From NCBI GenBank assembly GCA_963803145.1, contig CAWDLW010000018.1, positions 1 through 64,000 of the forward strand: a DNA stretch of 64,000 nucleotides, given 5' to 3'. The position numbers and the translations under genes are program-made. Below are positions 21,382-33,159 of this stretch, piece after piece (position 1 is the stretch's first letter; each line of letters opens with the position of its first letter). The notes under the pieces are model-generated. The model was not told where the DNA came from, searched no databases, and worked only from the letters and a program-made list of their open reading frames with translations. Source of the DNA: Methanotrichaceae archaeon. Lineage in GTDB: Archaea; Halobacteriota; Methanosarcinia; Methanotrichales; Methanotrichaceae.

Positions 21382-22374
21382 CTATCCAGCCTTTATTTCG
21401 CAGACATTCCCTTCCAAAACACTGATCTGCCTTTTTAAGAAGTGCCTTGCTGTCCAGATATTCGTCTTGGTATGCATTGATATTTCCCTCGTTGTATAAC
21501 TGCCCCCCACCAGCGCCAGATAAGGAATGAGCTGATCTGCCAGATGAACATCGACTGCATCATCAGACTTTAGCTCAGAGAGGATCTCATCCGCAGCTTT
21601 AGTGCCTACAACCTCCGCCCTGACTCCTCGTTCACCAAGAGCACTGCCGCCTTTAAACCCAGACCACAGAGTTATGCCGCTGCCGGTTGAGGGCACTTGC
21701 AGAACTTGCAGAGATATCTCGGCCTCGAATCCTGCATTCTTCAGCGCCTGAGATGCGGCATCCGCCTGACGTTTGGCAACGTGCTCAGGAAGGTTAGAGC
21801 AATGTGATATGCCCTTCACAGTATCGGACGCCTGTGGATCCAGGTTTATTGGCTTCATATCTCCCGGCTCGACATTGAGAAGAACAGCACCCATGCCCAT
21901 AGGATAATATCCTCTCTGCTTGAGCTCCATGCTTGCCTTTACGCCAAAGCTACTTAATGCAGGCAAGAAAACATATCTGAAGTAATCTATTGTCGGCGAC
22001 CATCGCACATCGGTGCCGCCATGGACCTCCAGACTTACAGGATTTCCCGCAGAAAGCATCGCAGGCAAAAGGCACTGCGAAAGCAGGGTTATGCTTCCTG
22101 CTGTTCCAATATCCGCAGAATAGCTGCCGCCATGAACCTCACCAGGCTCAAAGACTATCTCTTGAGATCGAAGCTCGACACCTGAAAAGCTGGCATTGCA
22201 AAGCCCTGCCAACGCAAGGATCGCTTTAACATGCTGCTGTGCGAGGCCCGGCTTCGGCCTGCTTTTTCTAATATTTCTTATTCTGACTGCGTCGCCCGTT
22301 ACAGCAGATAAAGCAACTGCTGTCCTAACTATCTGGCCGCCGCCCTCGCCACGTGATCCATCTACTTCAATCAT
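21382..22374 (-). CDS. rtcA: RNA 3'-terminal phosphate cyclase
   Basis: [39 protein letters not shown]. Confidence 0.95.
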   Translation of the reverse strand: MIEVDGSRGEGGGQIVRTAVALSAVTGDAVRIRNIRKSRPKPGLAQQHVKAILALAGLCNASFSGVELRSQEIVFEPGEVHGGSYSADIGTAGSITLLSQCLLPAMLSAGNPVSLEVHGGTDVRWSPTIDYFRYVFLPALSSFGVKASMELKQRGYYPMGMGAVLLNVEPGDMKPINLDPQASDTVKGISHCSNLPEHVAKRQADAASQALKNAGFEAEISLQVLQVPSTGSGITLWSGFKGGSALGERGVRAEVVGTKAADEILSELKSDDAVDVHLADQLIPYLALVGGSYTTREISMHTKTNIWTARHFLKRQISVLEGNVCEIKAG

Positions 22375-22649
22375 TTGGCAGCATCAGCAAACTGGCTGCT
22401 GAATTCACTGCATTGATTTGCGATCCTTCCTGCCGCCTCGCGCATAACAGTAATGGGATCAGCGCCTTCTGTCTTTAATCGAAAGACTGGGTTGTCCATG
22501 ATCACGAACTTTGTATCGTAGGTGGCCAGTCTTACGCGGCTGTCTGCAAGAAGCTCTGTTCTCAGCAGGTTTAGGAGAGTATGGCTCTCTCCCACGAACT
22601 CAATTGTGACCTCACCCTCGGTCTTACTAATGATCTTTAGATTTACCAC
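22371..22649 (-). CDS. rpoL: DNA-directed RNA polymerase subunit L (Rpo11)
   Basis: [11 protein letters not shown]; synteny with csl4. Confidence 0.9.
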   Translation of the reverse strand: MVNLKIISKTEGEVTIEFVGESHTLLNLLRTELLADSRVRLATYDTKFVIMDNPVFRLKTEGADPITVMREAAGRIANQCSEFSSQFADAAK

Positions 22650-23221
22650 TAAACGACACCTAACCCATAGCCCGAACTCAGCTTGCGTGTTTCAGTATTG
22701 GAACAACTGGGACATACAAGCCTGCCGTCTTTGCGGATAAGACCTGTCAAACATCTGTTGCAGTAGGCTTTAATGACTCCCAAATCCTCGTCACCAGTGG
22801 ACAGCCTCATCTGTCGATCATCGACTATTTTGGCTTTAATGATATCCCGCAGGGAGAACATATGCCTCAGATCCTTGACATAACTGTTTCTCACATTCGA
22901 GATATGGATTGTCGCCTCTTCATCAGATATAGGCCTACTCTCATAGCCTTTCTTGAATGCGAGTGAAACAACCACAAGGCTGTCCTTTAGATCAATAACC
23001 TCACCGATGACTATATCGCCACTACAAAGCTTTGGCGGCGCGTTGGTCTTGGGGATCACACTCACTGATCTAGCCTCTGAATCGATGTTCACTAGGCCTG
23101 CAGTAGAGGCGTATATTACTCCCCCTCTGACATAAGTGCAATCGCCTGGAACGTACTCCTCGGCAGATCCAACTACATCTCCGGGAAGCACAAAGCTGAC
23201 TTCCATCTTTTTATTCCTCAA
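22649..23221 (-). CDS. csl4: exosome complex component Csl4
   Basis: FVLPGD..G..EEY, S1 domain (IHISNV), Zn ribbon CNRC..CPSC..ETRK. Confidence 0.92.
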   Translation of the reverse strand: MRNKKMEVSFVLPGDVVGSAEEYVPGDCTYVRGGVIYASTAGLVNIDSEARSVSVIPKTNAPPKLCSGDIVIGEVIDLKDSLVVVSLAFKKGYESRPISDEEATIHISNVRNSYVKDLRHMFSLRDIIKAKIVDDRQMRLSTGDEDLGVIKAYCNRCLTGLIRKDGRLVCPSCSNTETRKLSSGYGLGVV

Positions 23222-23224
23222 ATG

Positions 23225-23815
23225 TTACTGACATAATATCCTGTATAGCTCAACATCGATTATCTTAATATCTTTACTGTGAAACTCAAAGCACCTTTTC
23301 ATGGGAAAGCGGATGCTATATTTTTCTTTAATGGCGCAAGGTTCTATAAACCTTTTGATGAAACCCTCGCTTCCAAGATTGTGCAGGGTGTAGATAACAT
23401 GGGCTATCCCAGTTGCCTTCCTCAGAAATGCGCGGTCGCCGCTGCTCGCCTTCTGGGCCCCAAATGGCGGATTCATGACAACCGTTTCTATTTTCCGGAG
23501 GGAAATTGTGCTTATATCTCCGCGTATGAACTCCACATAAACGCCTAACCTTGATGCATTGGCCTTTGCTATCTCTAAAGCTTCTGCGTCTATATCCACG
23601 CCTACAGCCTTTGCGCCCAGAAGAGCGGCACCTATTGCCAGAATCCCAGTCCCACAGCCGAGATCACAAACGTTGTTCAACTCACCTCTAAGATAGGCGA
23701 GATATAGCAGCTCTGAGGCAACTGACGCAGGTGTTATATACTGCTCTCTCTCAGGCGATGGATTTTGAAAGCCTTCGATGCGCTCGAGTATTATCTCGAG
23801 CTGTTTCTTCTTCAT
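23225..23815 (-). CDS. METTL5-family methyltransferase
   Basis: [25 protein letters not shown]. Confidence 0.9.
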   Translation of the reverse strand: MKKKQLEIILERIEGFQNPSPEREQYITPASVASELLYLAYLRGELNNVCDLGCGTGILAIGAALLGAKAVGVDIDAEALEIAKANASRLGVYVEFIRGDISTISLRKIETVVMNPPFGAQKASSGDRAFLRKATGIAHVIYTLHNLGSEGFIKRFIEPCAIKEKYSIRFPMKRCFEFHSKDIKIIDVELYRILCQ

Positions 23816-23843
23816 CCTCGCACTTTGATAATCAATAGTGCAG

Positions 23844-26123
23844 CTATATTAAATATAGTATCGCATCTATTACCAGGAGCACTAATACCACTACTGACAT
23901 CGCCTTGGTGAGCTTTATGGCGTTCGTGTGAGTAAAGATGTTCTTAAGATCTGCAATTTTAGCGAAGTATCCCTTAGCAGCGACATTATTATCCGATTTC
24001 AACGCATCTTCGATAATATTCTCGCTATTTTTTACATTTGTATCTGTATCCTCAGTATCTACAATCTCTGCCTCTTTGTTTGTAGTCTTCTCTTCCGGCA
24101 ACATGACCACTTGAGCAGGCGAACGCGCGATACCTGTCTCAACAGATACAAGGGAGACTCCAGACGAGGGAGAACCCTTCAAGAAATCAGGCTCAGATAT
24201 ATCTGCAATGATTTTAACACCGTCATCTGAACCAGAATCATCTAGATCCACGGCATCAGAAACTGCCCATGGCAGAGACTCATGGTTGACACCCGCCGGG
24301 CTCTCATCTTCATTTAGCTCTTTAGCTACGTGTTCATTATCTATGCATCGTTTCGCGGTGTTGAGGGACTCATCCCAGATATATATGCGATCTACCCTGT
24401 TTATCCTCGATACGGCATCATCGACAAGAATCCAGCCGATTGTCAACAATATATCTCTATAAGCCCTATAGTTCATCAGATCTGATACACGGCTGTAAGA
24501 CGGTGCTGTGCTGCCCTTAGCTTCAATATCTATCAGACCATTAGCGAGCTTTATGGCCCTATTGATCTTAGTTGCGGTCTTACACCCTTGAATAGTTCCT
24601 GCCGATTCGAACTCCATCTTTGCTTTCCCAAGATTTGTTACAATGGCCTTCAATTGCCCTGATGGGTCTGCCCTCTGCCTCTCGGCCTCAATCGCACCGC
24701 TTAGGCCTCTTAGGACATCGCAAAGGCATTTACCTACATCATTTGTACTGCATGCACCGCTAAGAAGGTAATCAATTGAACTCGCGATAAATTTAGTCAG
24801 CCTCCAGGGCTCACTATCTGCGATTCCAGATGATATTGCCTCCTTAATGCCGAACAGAATCCTTTGGAATGCCTCAATGTTTTCCTTCTGAGTCCCTTCG
24901 GAGTTGATAACTGCGCTATCAAGAGCAGAGGCCGCCCGCTCCGCGAGTGCCACTGCCTCCGCCTCTGAGGACTCCGCCTTGAGCCTCGCTAGGTATGAGG
25001 AGGACCTCATGATGCCTGCAGAAACCTTTAGTTCAGGCAGGTCAAAGCCCTTTGTGGAGGCGATCTCAAGATACCTGTCTGATGATCGTGCATAGAATTG
25101 GGATGCCAGCTTTAGTTTATCATCCGAATTCTCTCCGAGTCCGCTTGATACTGGTAATTCAGCACCCTGCATATGCATAGTGGCCATAGCGCCATAGGCT
25201 GCCGCTATACATTCTGCAGTGTTTTGATATGCAGGCTGCGTATCCCGTTTCATCAGCTTTATGGCCTTCTCAAGCTGATCTATGGCTGTGGCAGCATCAC
25301 CTTTCTCCAAGTACATCCTTCCGAGATTAGACATTACAGTGCCCATGCTTGGGTCCTGCCCAAGCTCTTCGAATGCCGTGATGCTCTTATTGTAGTATTT
25401 GAGAGCCTCGTCCCAGTTCTTTGCTTCTGAGTTTATCTGCCCAAGGCGATCCAGAATCCATGCCACACTCTTCTTATCCCCAAGCTTGCGGAAATCGTTA
25501 AGGCTCTTATCGAAATATTTTGTTGCAAGATCTTGCTCACCCATATCTGCATAGATCCTGCCTAAGGATCCCGTCGCCCGAGCAACGCCCAAATCATCGC
25601 CAAGGCCTTCAAATATCTTCAGGCCACGATAGCAATGATCTACAGCCTTATCCCAATCCTTGCTTTGCCTGTAAGCCGCAGCAATGTTTCCAAGGACGTG
25701 AGCCATGCCGCTGCTATCGCCCATAGATTCGAAGCAGCCAAACGCCTTTTTAAAGTAAATGTTCGCCCTGCCAAGATCACCATAACGAACATAGACCTGC
25801 CCGAGGTTGTTGAGAAGAACAGGCCGGATGCTTTGATCCTTGTTCTTTGATAATGCCTTATTATACGACTTTATGGCTACAGCATGATGCCCTGCCTTTC
25901 TGCAGATATCCCCAAGCCGTTTCATCTCATATACATCTTCAAAACAGTCCAACAGATTTCTGCAGATATCTTGATCTATTCTGCCTTGCTTTGCGCCATC
26001 CAGCAGCTTGCCGAGTTGCTCTGAGCAGCCTCCCTCGATGGCGCTCGGATCAATCGCATTTATTCTTTCGAATCCCTTGGAGAACGAATCATATATCTCA
26101 TGAAGAACAATAAGCTGGTCCAT
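23844..26123 (-). CDS. TPR-repeat protein with C-terminal membrane anchor
   Basis: Repeated NLG..Y...GD...A..Y..KA helices; C-terminal hydrophobic helix. Confidence 0.8.
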   Translation of the reverse strand: MDQLIVLHEIYDSFSKGFERINAIDPSAIEGGCSEQLGKLLDGAKQGRIDQDICRNLLDCFEDVYEMKRLGDICRKAGHHAVAIKSYNKALSKNKDQSIRPVLLNNLGQVYVRYGDLGRANIYFKKAFGCFESMGDSSGMAHVLGNIAAAYRQSKDWDKAVDHCYRGLKIFEGLGDDLGVARATGSLGRIYADMGEQDLATKYFDKSLNDFRKLGDKKSVAWILDRLGQINSEAKNWDEALKYYNKSITAFEELGQDPSMGTVMSNLGRMYLEKGDAATAIDQLEKAIKLMKRDTQPAYQNTAECIAAAYGAMATMHMQGAELPVSSGLGENSDDKLKLASQFYARSSDRYLEIASTKGFDLPELKVSAGIMRSSSYLARLKAESSEAEAVALAERAASALDSAVINSEGTQKENIEAFQRILFGIKEAISSGIADSEPWRLTKFIASSIDYLLSGACSTNDVGKCLCDVLRGLSGAIEAERQRADPSGQLKAIVTNLGKAKMEFESAGTIQGCKTATKINRAIKLANGLIDIEAKGSTAPSYSRVSDLMNYRAYRDILLTIGWILVDDAVSRINRVDRIYIWDESLNTAKRCIDNEHVAKELNEDESPAGVNHESLPWAVSDAVDLDDSGSDDGVKIIADISEPDFLKGSPSSGVSLVSVETGIARSPAQVVMLPEEKTTNKEAEIVDTEDTDTNVKNSENIIEDALKSDNNVAAKGYFAKIADLKNIFTHTNAIKLTKAMSVVVLVLLVIDAILYLI

Positions 26124-26304
26124 AGATTATAAGATAAGTTATATCTTTATATAGTTTTTGAATGACGAGATTTTGGTGCAGTTATCTCAACCCCATTATC
26201 TAATCTTTAACCATAAAACAAATTTTTTCTTTCTAAAAATAACTAGCCGCTTAGATATAATAATCATGAAAATGCGGTTTGCTGGATTCTCGATAGCATC
26301 GGCG

Positions 26305-26442
26305 AAAGTATTTACTGGAGAAGAAACCGATAGCACAAGCGAGCTATACATGGGGCTTGGGTCGCCTGTGTGGAATAACAAGGGCTATGTGGCAACCCTA
26401 AAAGATGCAGGCGGCCATATGGTATCGCAAAGGAGCGGTTGA
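26305..26442 (+). pseudogene. 3' remnant of a lamin-tail-domain gene
   Basis: VFTGEETDSTSELYMGLGSPVWNNKGYVATLKDAGG resembles the LTD C-terminus (WNNxGD.A.L.D..G); 5' part missing. Confidence 0.6.
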
Positions 26443-26443
26443 G

Positions 26444-26692
26444 ATGAAGGCTACTCTAGATAGAATTGAGGGGGAGATGGCCGTCCTCCTGATAAGGAAC
26501 GGCGAGAGCATAAGGCTGAATGTGCCTGTGGTTTTGCTGCCTGAAGGCTGCAAAGAGGGCGATGTCCTGGATATATCGATTACCAGGGATGAGAAGGAGA
26601 CAGAGGAGTCCAAGGCCAGAGTTTCAAGCATGATAGAGCGGTTGAAGGAGAAACGACAGTGCGGGCCGGAGTGTGTCCAGCCGGAGGACTAG
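26444..26692 (+). CDS. DUF3006 domain protein
   Basis: ATLDRIEGEMAVL...LPEGCKEGDVL...D..ETE...RV. Confidence 0.8.
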   Translation: MKATLDRIEGEMAVLLIRNGESIRLNVPVVLLPEGCKEGDVLDISITRDEKETEESKARVSSMIERLKEKRQCGPECVQPED

Positions 26693-27527
26693 GCGGAATT
26701 TCTTGTTTATTTGCAAGGCGCTACTATATCTGCGACTTTATAGGGATTTATTGATAATAGGCTGAGGTGCTGACTGGTAGCCATATAGAGCGTAGGATAC
26801 TAATCCTAAGATTACTATCAATAATTCTATATCATGGATATTACTATGATGACTATTCATAGCGATTAATTAGGCCGCAGCACAATTAATTAAATTTAAA
26901 TAGTTAAAAATCCTGTTAGCAAATAGAGAGCCTCGACGTTTTAGCCCCCCCCTTAACCTCGAAGGCTCTACCCCCTTTCATTCAATGCTATAGATAGATT
27001 TAAATGATAATTTTTATTGCATGGTGTACTATGGTGTTATAGAACTATGCCAAAGAGCGCAGCCCTAACGCCTCAGCCTTCATCCTTCTGGCCTTCTGCC
27101 TGGCAGCAATCCGCATCCATCTACTTGCAGCTGCTCAGGTGGACACTCCGCGCCTTGGAGCCCTACCTCGTCGGCGTAGGATCGGGAATAATAGTCAAAG
27201 GGCTGAAGAAGATAACCGGAATGCAAATACAAAATATTTTAGTTGTTGTAGTGCTATACGGCTAAGTATATTTCGTCATGGCCATGCAATTCTTTGCTGA
27301 CTTGATTAATCCATATAGTATAGGAATCTGGATTGTTCAGCGCGTAACATCATGATTGCACAGCCCGAAAGCATATTCATAAGAAGGTCTGAATTTTAAT
27401 CCGGGGTACTGATAACGATTCTGAAGCTTTTTTGGGCTTATATAGCTGATAAGCTACAGTCTAAAGGACAAAAGCTGGAATATGCGAGAAAAGAACGCAG
27501 AACAAACTTTATGACTTCATAAATATA

Positions 27528-27959
27528 TTAAAAGCTAAAAATCTTCTTTAAGCCTTCCACTATCAACCCCGAGCTGATGGATTGCATGTAGGGATCATGA
27601 TATAGATCCTTAATCTTTCCGGTGAGCGACGCTTTTTCCTCTGGCGGTATATCTTCAGAATCAGTTACAGCGTTCTCTATGGCCTTCAGAACATCGCGTG
27701 CGTCTCCATAGCCTTTGTTAAACATATAATCTGGATGTGTCAGCAACAGCCGACCTTGGGGTGTAAGGAATATGATAGTTACATTATTGAGGTACGCCTT
27801 TAGGCGTACATACCCCTGATTCTTCAGCATCTCTAAGAAATCAAGTGTGTCTTGATTCGAAAGCCCTACCGCACTTGCAATTTCATCAGCATTTGCGTAC
27901 CTATTAGTTGATTCGATCTTGTGAATCTCTTTCATGATCTTCAGTTCGATCCCTTCCAT
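27528..27959 (-). CDS. winged-HTH domain protein
   Basis: ADEIASAVGLS...LEMLKNQGYV...LTPQGR wHTH pattern. Confidence 0.65.
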   Translation of the reverse strand: MEGIELKIMKEIHKIESTNRYANADEIASAVGLSNQDTLDFLEMLKNQGYVRLKAYLNNVTIIFLTPQGRLLLTHPDYMFNKGYGDARDVLKAIENAVTDSEDIPPEEKASLTGKIKDLYHDPYMQSISSGLIVEGLKKIFSF

Positions 27960-28082
27960 GACATCAGCCTGATCGAAGTGGTTACCATATGAACTATAAA
28001 AGTGTGTACAATGCATATGTCACAGAATGGTAGGCATACGAACGGCGTGTCTTTTAAATCAGCTTGCATAAAGTTATTAGAT

Positions 28083-28178
28083 TTACTGGTAACCATAAGG
28101 CCACATCATTCAAGCTCATCCTCTTGATGCGGGTTCTGTATTTGCCTTTACATGGGGGAGATGAGATTCTAGCACTTG
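28083..28178 (+). repeat. upstream element U, copy 1
   Basis: TTACTGGTAACC...GGTTCTGTATTTGCCT...GATGAGATTCTAGCAC aligns with 59856-59956 (minus) and 43788-43888. Confidence 0.7.
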
Positions 28179-30176
28179 AGCTAACTACCCAAAAGTTCTT
28201 CATTAGATCTTACAATGCTGAAGCAAGATAGAGGGAGATAATGTCAAAAAATTGGGTTCTTCTCACAGGCATTGTGGCTCTAATTTTTTTAACAGGGAAT
28301 TTGGCATTCGCTGTTGAAGTAGGGACACGTGAGAATCCAATTCCAATAGGTCAATCGGTTGATTTAGGAGATGGTTGGCAAATAACCGTGTTGAATGTCA
28401 TTCCTGATGCCAACGATATTGTACTTAAAGAAAATACATTCAATAAACCACCAAAGGCTGGAGATCAATTCTTCATTGCAACGGTATCAGTAAAATATAC
28501 AGGTCCAGATTTCGCTACATTTAATGGAGGCTATAGGCTTCGTGCTGTTGGACCATCTAGTGTAGGGTATAGCACCTTCCAGAATAATCCTGGTGTAATT
28601 CCAGACCCGCTTCCAAGCTCTGACGTGTTTACAGGTGGAGTCATTGAAGGAAACATCGGCTGGGAGATCAAGTCCTCTGATGCAAATGCTCTCGAGATGT
28701 ATGACAGCCCGCCATCTATAATTCACAATAATAACCGTACATTTATGGCATTGTTCAATCAGGGTTCTTCTTCCTCAACAAGTCCTCAAGGTACAAATGC
28801 ATGGGCTGGCAGTATGGCATTATTTAGTCAGGATTCATCCTCCATAACTAATCCTAAAGACGCAAATACTTGGATTTCCAAAGGTAATGATCTATATAAT
28901 CATGGCAAGTACAATGAATCCATACAGGCTTATAATAATGCCATTAATCTAAGTCCACAAGATGCAGAAGCCTGGTTTAACAAAGGCGATGCTCTCAAAC
29001 ACCTTGACAAATACGATGACGCAATCAAATGTTACGATGAGGTCATCAAAATCAATCCAAAAGATGTAGATGCATGGAATGGAAAAGCGTATGCTCTCGG
29101 TAATCTAGGTAAATACAATGAGACCATCCAAGCTTACGATAAAGTTATTGAGATCAATCCTCAAAATGCAGACACCTGGATCTACAAAGGTCTTATTTTG
29201 TGTGTGCAACATAAGTACGACGAGGCTATTCAGGCTTTTGATAAAGCCATCGAGATTAATCCTAAAGACGCTGAAGCTTGGAGTGATAAAGGCCATGCTT
29301 TCAATGATGTTGGCAAATATGATGATGCCATTCAATGCTTGGATGATGCTATTGGGATTAATCCTCAATTAGCTTATGCATGGACCGGCAAAGGCGATGC
29401 TCTCAAGGGTCAGGGTAAGTATGATGAAGCCCTTCAGGCTTATGACAAGGCTATCGAACTGGATCCTCAAGATGTATATACATTGTATAACAAGGGCGAT
29501 GCTCTTTATAAGCAAGGCAAATACAGTGAGTCTATTCAGGCTTATGATATGGCTGTCAAGATTAATCCTCAATATGCATATGCCTGGAAAGGCAAAGGCA
29601 ATGCTCTTGGCCTACAGGGCAAGTACAATGAATCCATTCAGGCTTATGATATGGCTATCAAGATTAATCCTCAAGATGCAGAAGCCTGGAACGACAAAGG
29701 TATTACTCTCTATTTCCAGGGAAAGTACAATGAGTCTATCCAAACATATGACAAGGCCATTGAGATCAATCCTCAGGATGCAAATGCATGGATTGAAAAA
29801 GGCGATGTCTTCTATTATCTTGGCAAGTATGATGATGCGGTGAAGGCGTACGACAATGCCGATCAGATAAAGCCATTAGATGCAGATTCCTTAGATAGAT
29901 ATGCAGATTCTCTCTTTAGATTGGGAAAGTACGATGAAGCCATCAAAAGCTACGATAAAGCCATTAAGATAAACCAATCAGATGCAGATGCCTGGTGTAA
30001 CAAAGGTGTTATTCTCGCTCTACAGGACAAATATGATGATGCCATTCAAGCTTTCGATAAGGCCATCGAGATCAATCCTCAAGATGCTAAAGCCTGGAAC
30101 GACAAAGGTTTTACTCTATATAGTCAGGGAAAGTACAATGAGTCTATCCAAGCATGCGATAGAGCTATTCAAATTA

Positions 30177-31259
30177 TAGTTAATCCACGTAATTTTTACC
30201 TCATAGATACCCTTAAATAATTAATATACGATATAGCCGTTCATGGGCAGGAAACCTGTAATTGTAAGACATATCTCGAAGGTAGAATTAGATCAATTGT
30301 ATAAAGATGAGAGAAACATAAGAATTAAAGAACGGCTACTAGCGATAATACATTTATACGAAGGAAAGAATGTATATATAGTAGCTGATATTCTTAAACG
30401 AAGTGAAAAGACAATAAAGAATTGGCTAAGCGATTGGAACAAACAAGGATATGATGGATTGATACCACAGAATAGAAACGGCAAAGAACCAATGATATCT
30501 TTTGATGAATGGGATAAAATTATCGAAGAGATTGAGGACAAAGGAATGACTATAAAAGAGGTAATAAAATATGCAAAAGACACAAGAGGCGTAGAATATT
30601 CGTATAAAGGTGGTTGGAAGATTTTAAGATCAATAAAGAAAGTCAAATATGGTAAACCATATATTAGAAATAATAAGAGGCCTGTTAATGCAGAAAGTTT
30701 TCTAAAAAAAGGATAGATTCAGTAATAACAACAGTCAAAGAACCTATTATTGGATTCCTTGATGAAAGCTCTTTGCAACAGCGACCTAATACACGCAGGG
30801 TTTTAAACACCCATATGCTAAATTATCAACCTGGAAAAGTTAGGTCTAGAACTGTTTTTGGGTTCATTGCATTGAATGGAAATGATGAAGTTATGGTCTC
30901 TCACTCATCCAAGAAAGAAGATTTAATGATCTTCGCCCAAAAATTGAGAAGTAACAATATTATGAGACCAATATGTATTGTCCTAGATAATGCTAGAATA
31001 CATCTAGCTAAGAAGTTTAGGGCATTAGCCCACGAACTTGATATCCATTTAATATATAACGTGCCATATTCCCCTGATTTAAATCCTATAGAGTTCGGTT
31101 GGAAGGATTTTAAAAGAGAGATATCAAAATATACTGATTTTGATGAAGCTATTGAGGATGCCCAAGATTGCGCTTTACAAATATTTTATTCCAATAAAGA
31201 TGGATACTCTAAGTCTTGGATAAAGCAGTTTATAAGGTAAAAAGTTGGGAGAATGACTA
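30177..31259 (+). mobile_element. IS630-family insertion sequence
   Basis: Imperfect IRs TAGTTAATCCACGTAATTTTTACCT / AGGTAAAAAGTTGGGAGAATGACTA; TA duplication at 30175-76 and 31260-61; AT-rich. Confidence 0.92.
30243..31240 (+). CDS. IS630 transposase (two ORFs joined by a probable -1 frameshift)
   Basis: HTH ORF 30243-30716; A7-GG run near 30704; -1 frame gives GFLDES...VLDNARIH...YSPDLNPIE (DDE). Confidence 0.88.
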
Positions 31260-31799
31260 TAATTCCTCAGATAATCTCGTTTGGGATAGCAAAGGCTCAG
31301 CTCTGTATGCATTAAGCAGATATGATGAGGCCATTCAAGTTTATGATAAGGCAATCAGGCTAAATCCTCAAGATATAGATGCTTGGATTGGAAAAGGTAA
31401 AGCTCTTAATAAAGCAGGCAAGTACAACGATTCTATTCAGGCATTAAACACCGCGATCCAGATCAATTCTTCAAATAATGATGCATGGGCCTGGAAAGGT
31501 TTTTCTCTTAGTGATTTGGGTAAATACGACGACGCCATTCAGGCATTCGACAGGGCGATTGCACTAAATCAGTCGGATGTAAGTTCTTGGTTGGGTAAAA
31601 TTGGAAGTCTTGAACAACAGGTCAAGATAAATGAAACTCTCGAAGCCAGTGATAAGTTCGTTGAGACAAACCCAAAATTAGGACTTGCCTGGCAAACCAA
31701 AGGCACTATCCTCAAGATACTTGGTCGTACTACTGAAGCAGATGCTGCCTTTGCCAAGGCCAAGGAGCTGGGATATACAGGTTGATTCAAACTCAACAA

Positions 31800-31908
31800 G
31801 TATGTATAACCTGTAGGCCATTACCCTTATTTTTTGAATCTTCAAAGCCAATACATATTTTTATAAATATCTTTCCGACCCAAAAAGGCGTGTGCCTTTG
31901 CGCTCCAG
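31800..31908 (+). repeat. downstream element D, copy 1
   Basis: GTATGTATAACCTG...TTTTTATAAATATCT...GCGCTCCAG; homologous to 44978-45085 and 58981-59087. Confidence 0.8.
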
Positions 31909-32546
31909 GTTCTATGCCTTACACAATCGATAGCAGTAGATTCAATCAATCGATATCAGCGACCCTTCAAGTTTACTTGATTGTCATTCCTGTAATGGCT
32001 GGAATAGTGGTTAACTCAAAAAGGCATTTAGGTCGATTTGTGGGTTTCCAGTTAGTTATCTAAAACAGTGCATATAATAGTACATACATTCCAGGTCGTA
32101 GATCCTCAAGCAGCTCTAGGGTGGGCATCGAAAAGGCTTAGGCGATTTCGAAGAGCGTACTTAAAACCTAAGCTTCAACAGGCTTATTCTTCCCTATATA
32201 CTTCGATCTGCTCTTCCCACCCTTCTTGGAATACAGATACCAATAAGGTCCATGCAGCTCCCCGCCAGGCTTTGCACAGTGGCACGATGGCTTGCCGCAT
32301 TTCACCGTCTGTTGAACATATGAGCCGCCACTCCTGGCAGGCTTAACCTCTATGATCTCAGTGCCCTTCTCCTTGGCTCGCTCCTGTATTTCCAAGGCTT
32401 CGAGCTGGGATTCAAGGATGGAAATGGCATTGTCTATCCAGGCCCTCTGCTCCCGGAGCACTTCAATCCTTTTTTTGAGGTCTCCAGCGCTCATAATGTC
32501 TTATGTGTAATCACTAGAATATCAATTTAGCTATGGCATATAAGAC
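31893..32546. repeat. 654-bp duplication, copy 1 (non-coding part + DUF6788 gene + promoter)
   Basis: Colinear with 47970-48623 and nearly identical in the non-coding part. Confidence 0.92.
32168..32494 (-). CDS. DUF6788-like small protein (coiled coil + CGKxxCxC...HGPYWY)
   Basis: VKCGKPSCHCAKPGGELHGPYWYLYSKKGGKSRSKYIG. Confidence 0.75.
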   Translation of the reverse strand: MSAGDLKKRIEVLREQRAWIDNAISILESQLEALEIQERAKEKGTEIIEVKPARSGGSYVQQTVKCGKPSCHCAKPGGELHGPYWYLYSKKGGKSRSKYIGKNKPVEA

Positions 32547-32674
32547 GCTGCATCCAGCTCTCTTTGAAAGCATACAGCCAATCCAGAATTAGCGCTTAAT
32601 ATGCCTATCTTCCAAAACTATTTGTAGTATAATCGGATATACATTCAGGATACAGAATTTAGGGGGCTGTAGCA

Positions 32675-33052
32675 ATGACGGAAAACAGCATAAGGGTACT
32701 TGAAGATAGGGATAGATTGTTTATAGATACCCTGCAGAGCCTGGGCGTTCGAAGACAAGAGGCAACCCTGATTGTCTGGATGAATGGGGCGGGAGAGGTT
32801 TCCTCTAAGGATATTGAACGAGGTGCAGGTCTTGGACAATCAGATGTAAGCAAGATCTTGAAAGCAATGCGGGAGAATGGCTGGATAGATACTTCAGAGA
32901 CTAATAATTCAGCAAAAGGCAGGCCTAGGAAGATCCACTCACTCAGTGCCTCATTGGATGATATCGTAAGGCACTATGAGCTGCAAAAGCTCAGGGAATC
33001 CATTTCGATCAGGAAATCAATACAGAGGTTGAAGGTGCTCGCAACAGCCTAA
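32675..33052 (+). CDS. winged-helix transcriptional regulator
   Basis: SSKDIERGAGLGQSDVSKILKAMRENGWI...KGRPRK..SL. Confidence 0.8.
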   Translation: MTENSIRVLEDRDRLFIDTLQSLGVRRQEATLIVWMNGAGEVSSKDIERGAGLGQSDVSKILKAMRENGWIDTSETNNSAKGRPRKIHSLSASLDDIVRHYELQKLRESISIRKSIQRLKVLATA

Positions 33053-33159
33053 GTTTGAGGGGTTCATAGAATTTGGTATACCCAATGCTAAACTCCTAAT
33101 CATTTTCTTTTCTCATAATGGATCAAATTTATATAGCTATTTGACCATATATTAGAATA

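Larger units (their letters stand above)
28241..31785 (+). pseudogene. secreted Ig-like (DUF4352-like) + TPR protein interrupted by IS630
   Basis: Removing 30177-31261 restores the frame ...AIQ-I-NSSDNLVWDSKG...; the gene ends in AKAKELGYTG*. Confidence 0.85.

Noticed and set aside
31776-31908. Classical integron attC sites
   Set aside because: D lacks the RYYYAAC...GTTRRRY order and long imperfect palindrome, and the recombinase lacks the IntI-specific insertion.
31782-32063. ORFs 31782-32063 and 47775-48140 as real genes
   Set aside because: They share only the duplicated non-coding block, have unrelated N-termini and lack clear RBS or motifs.
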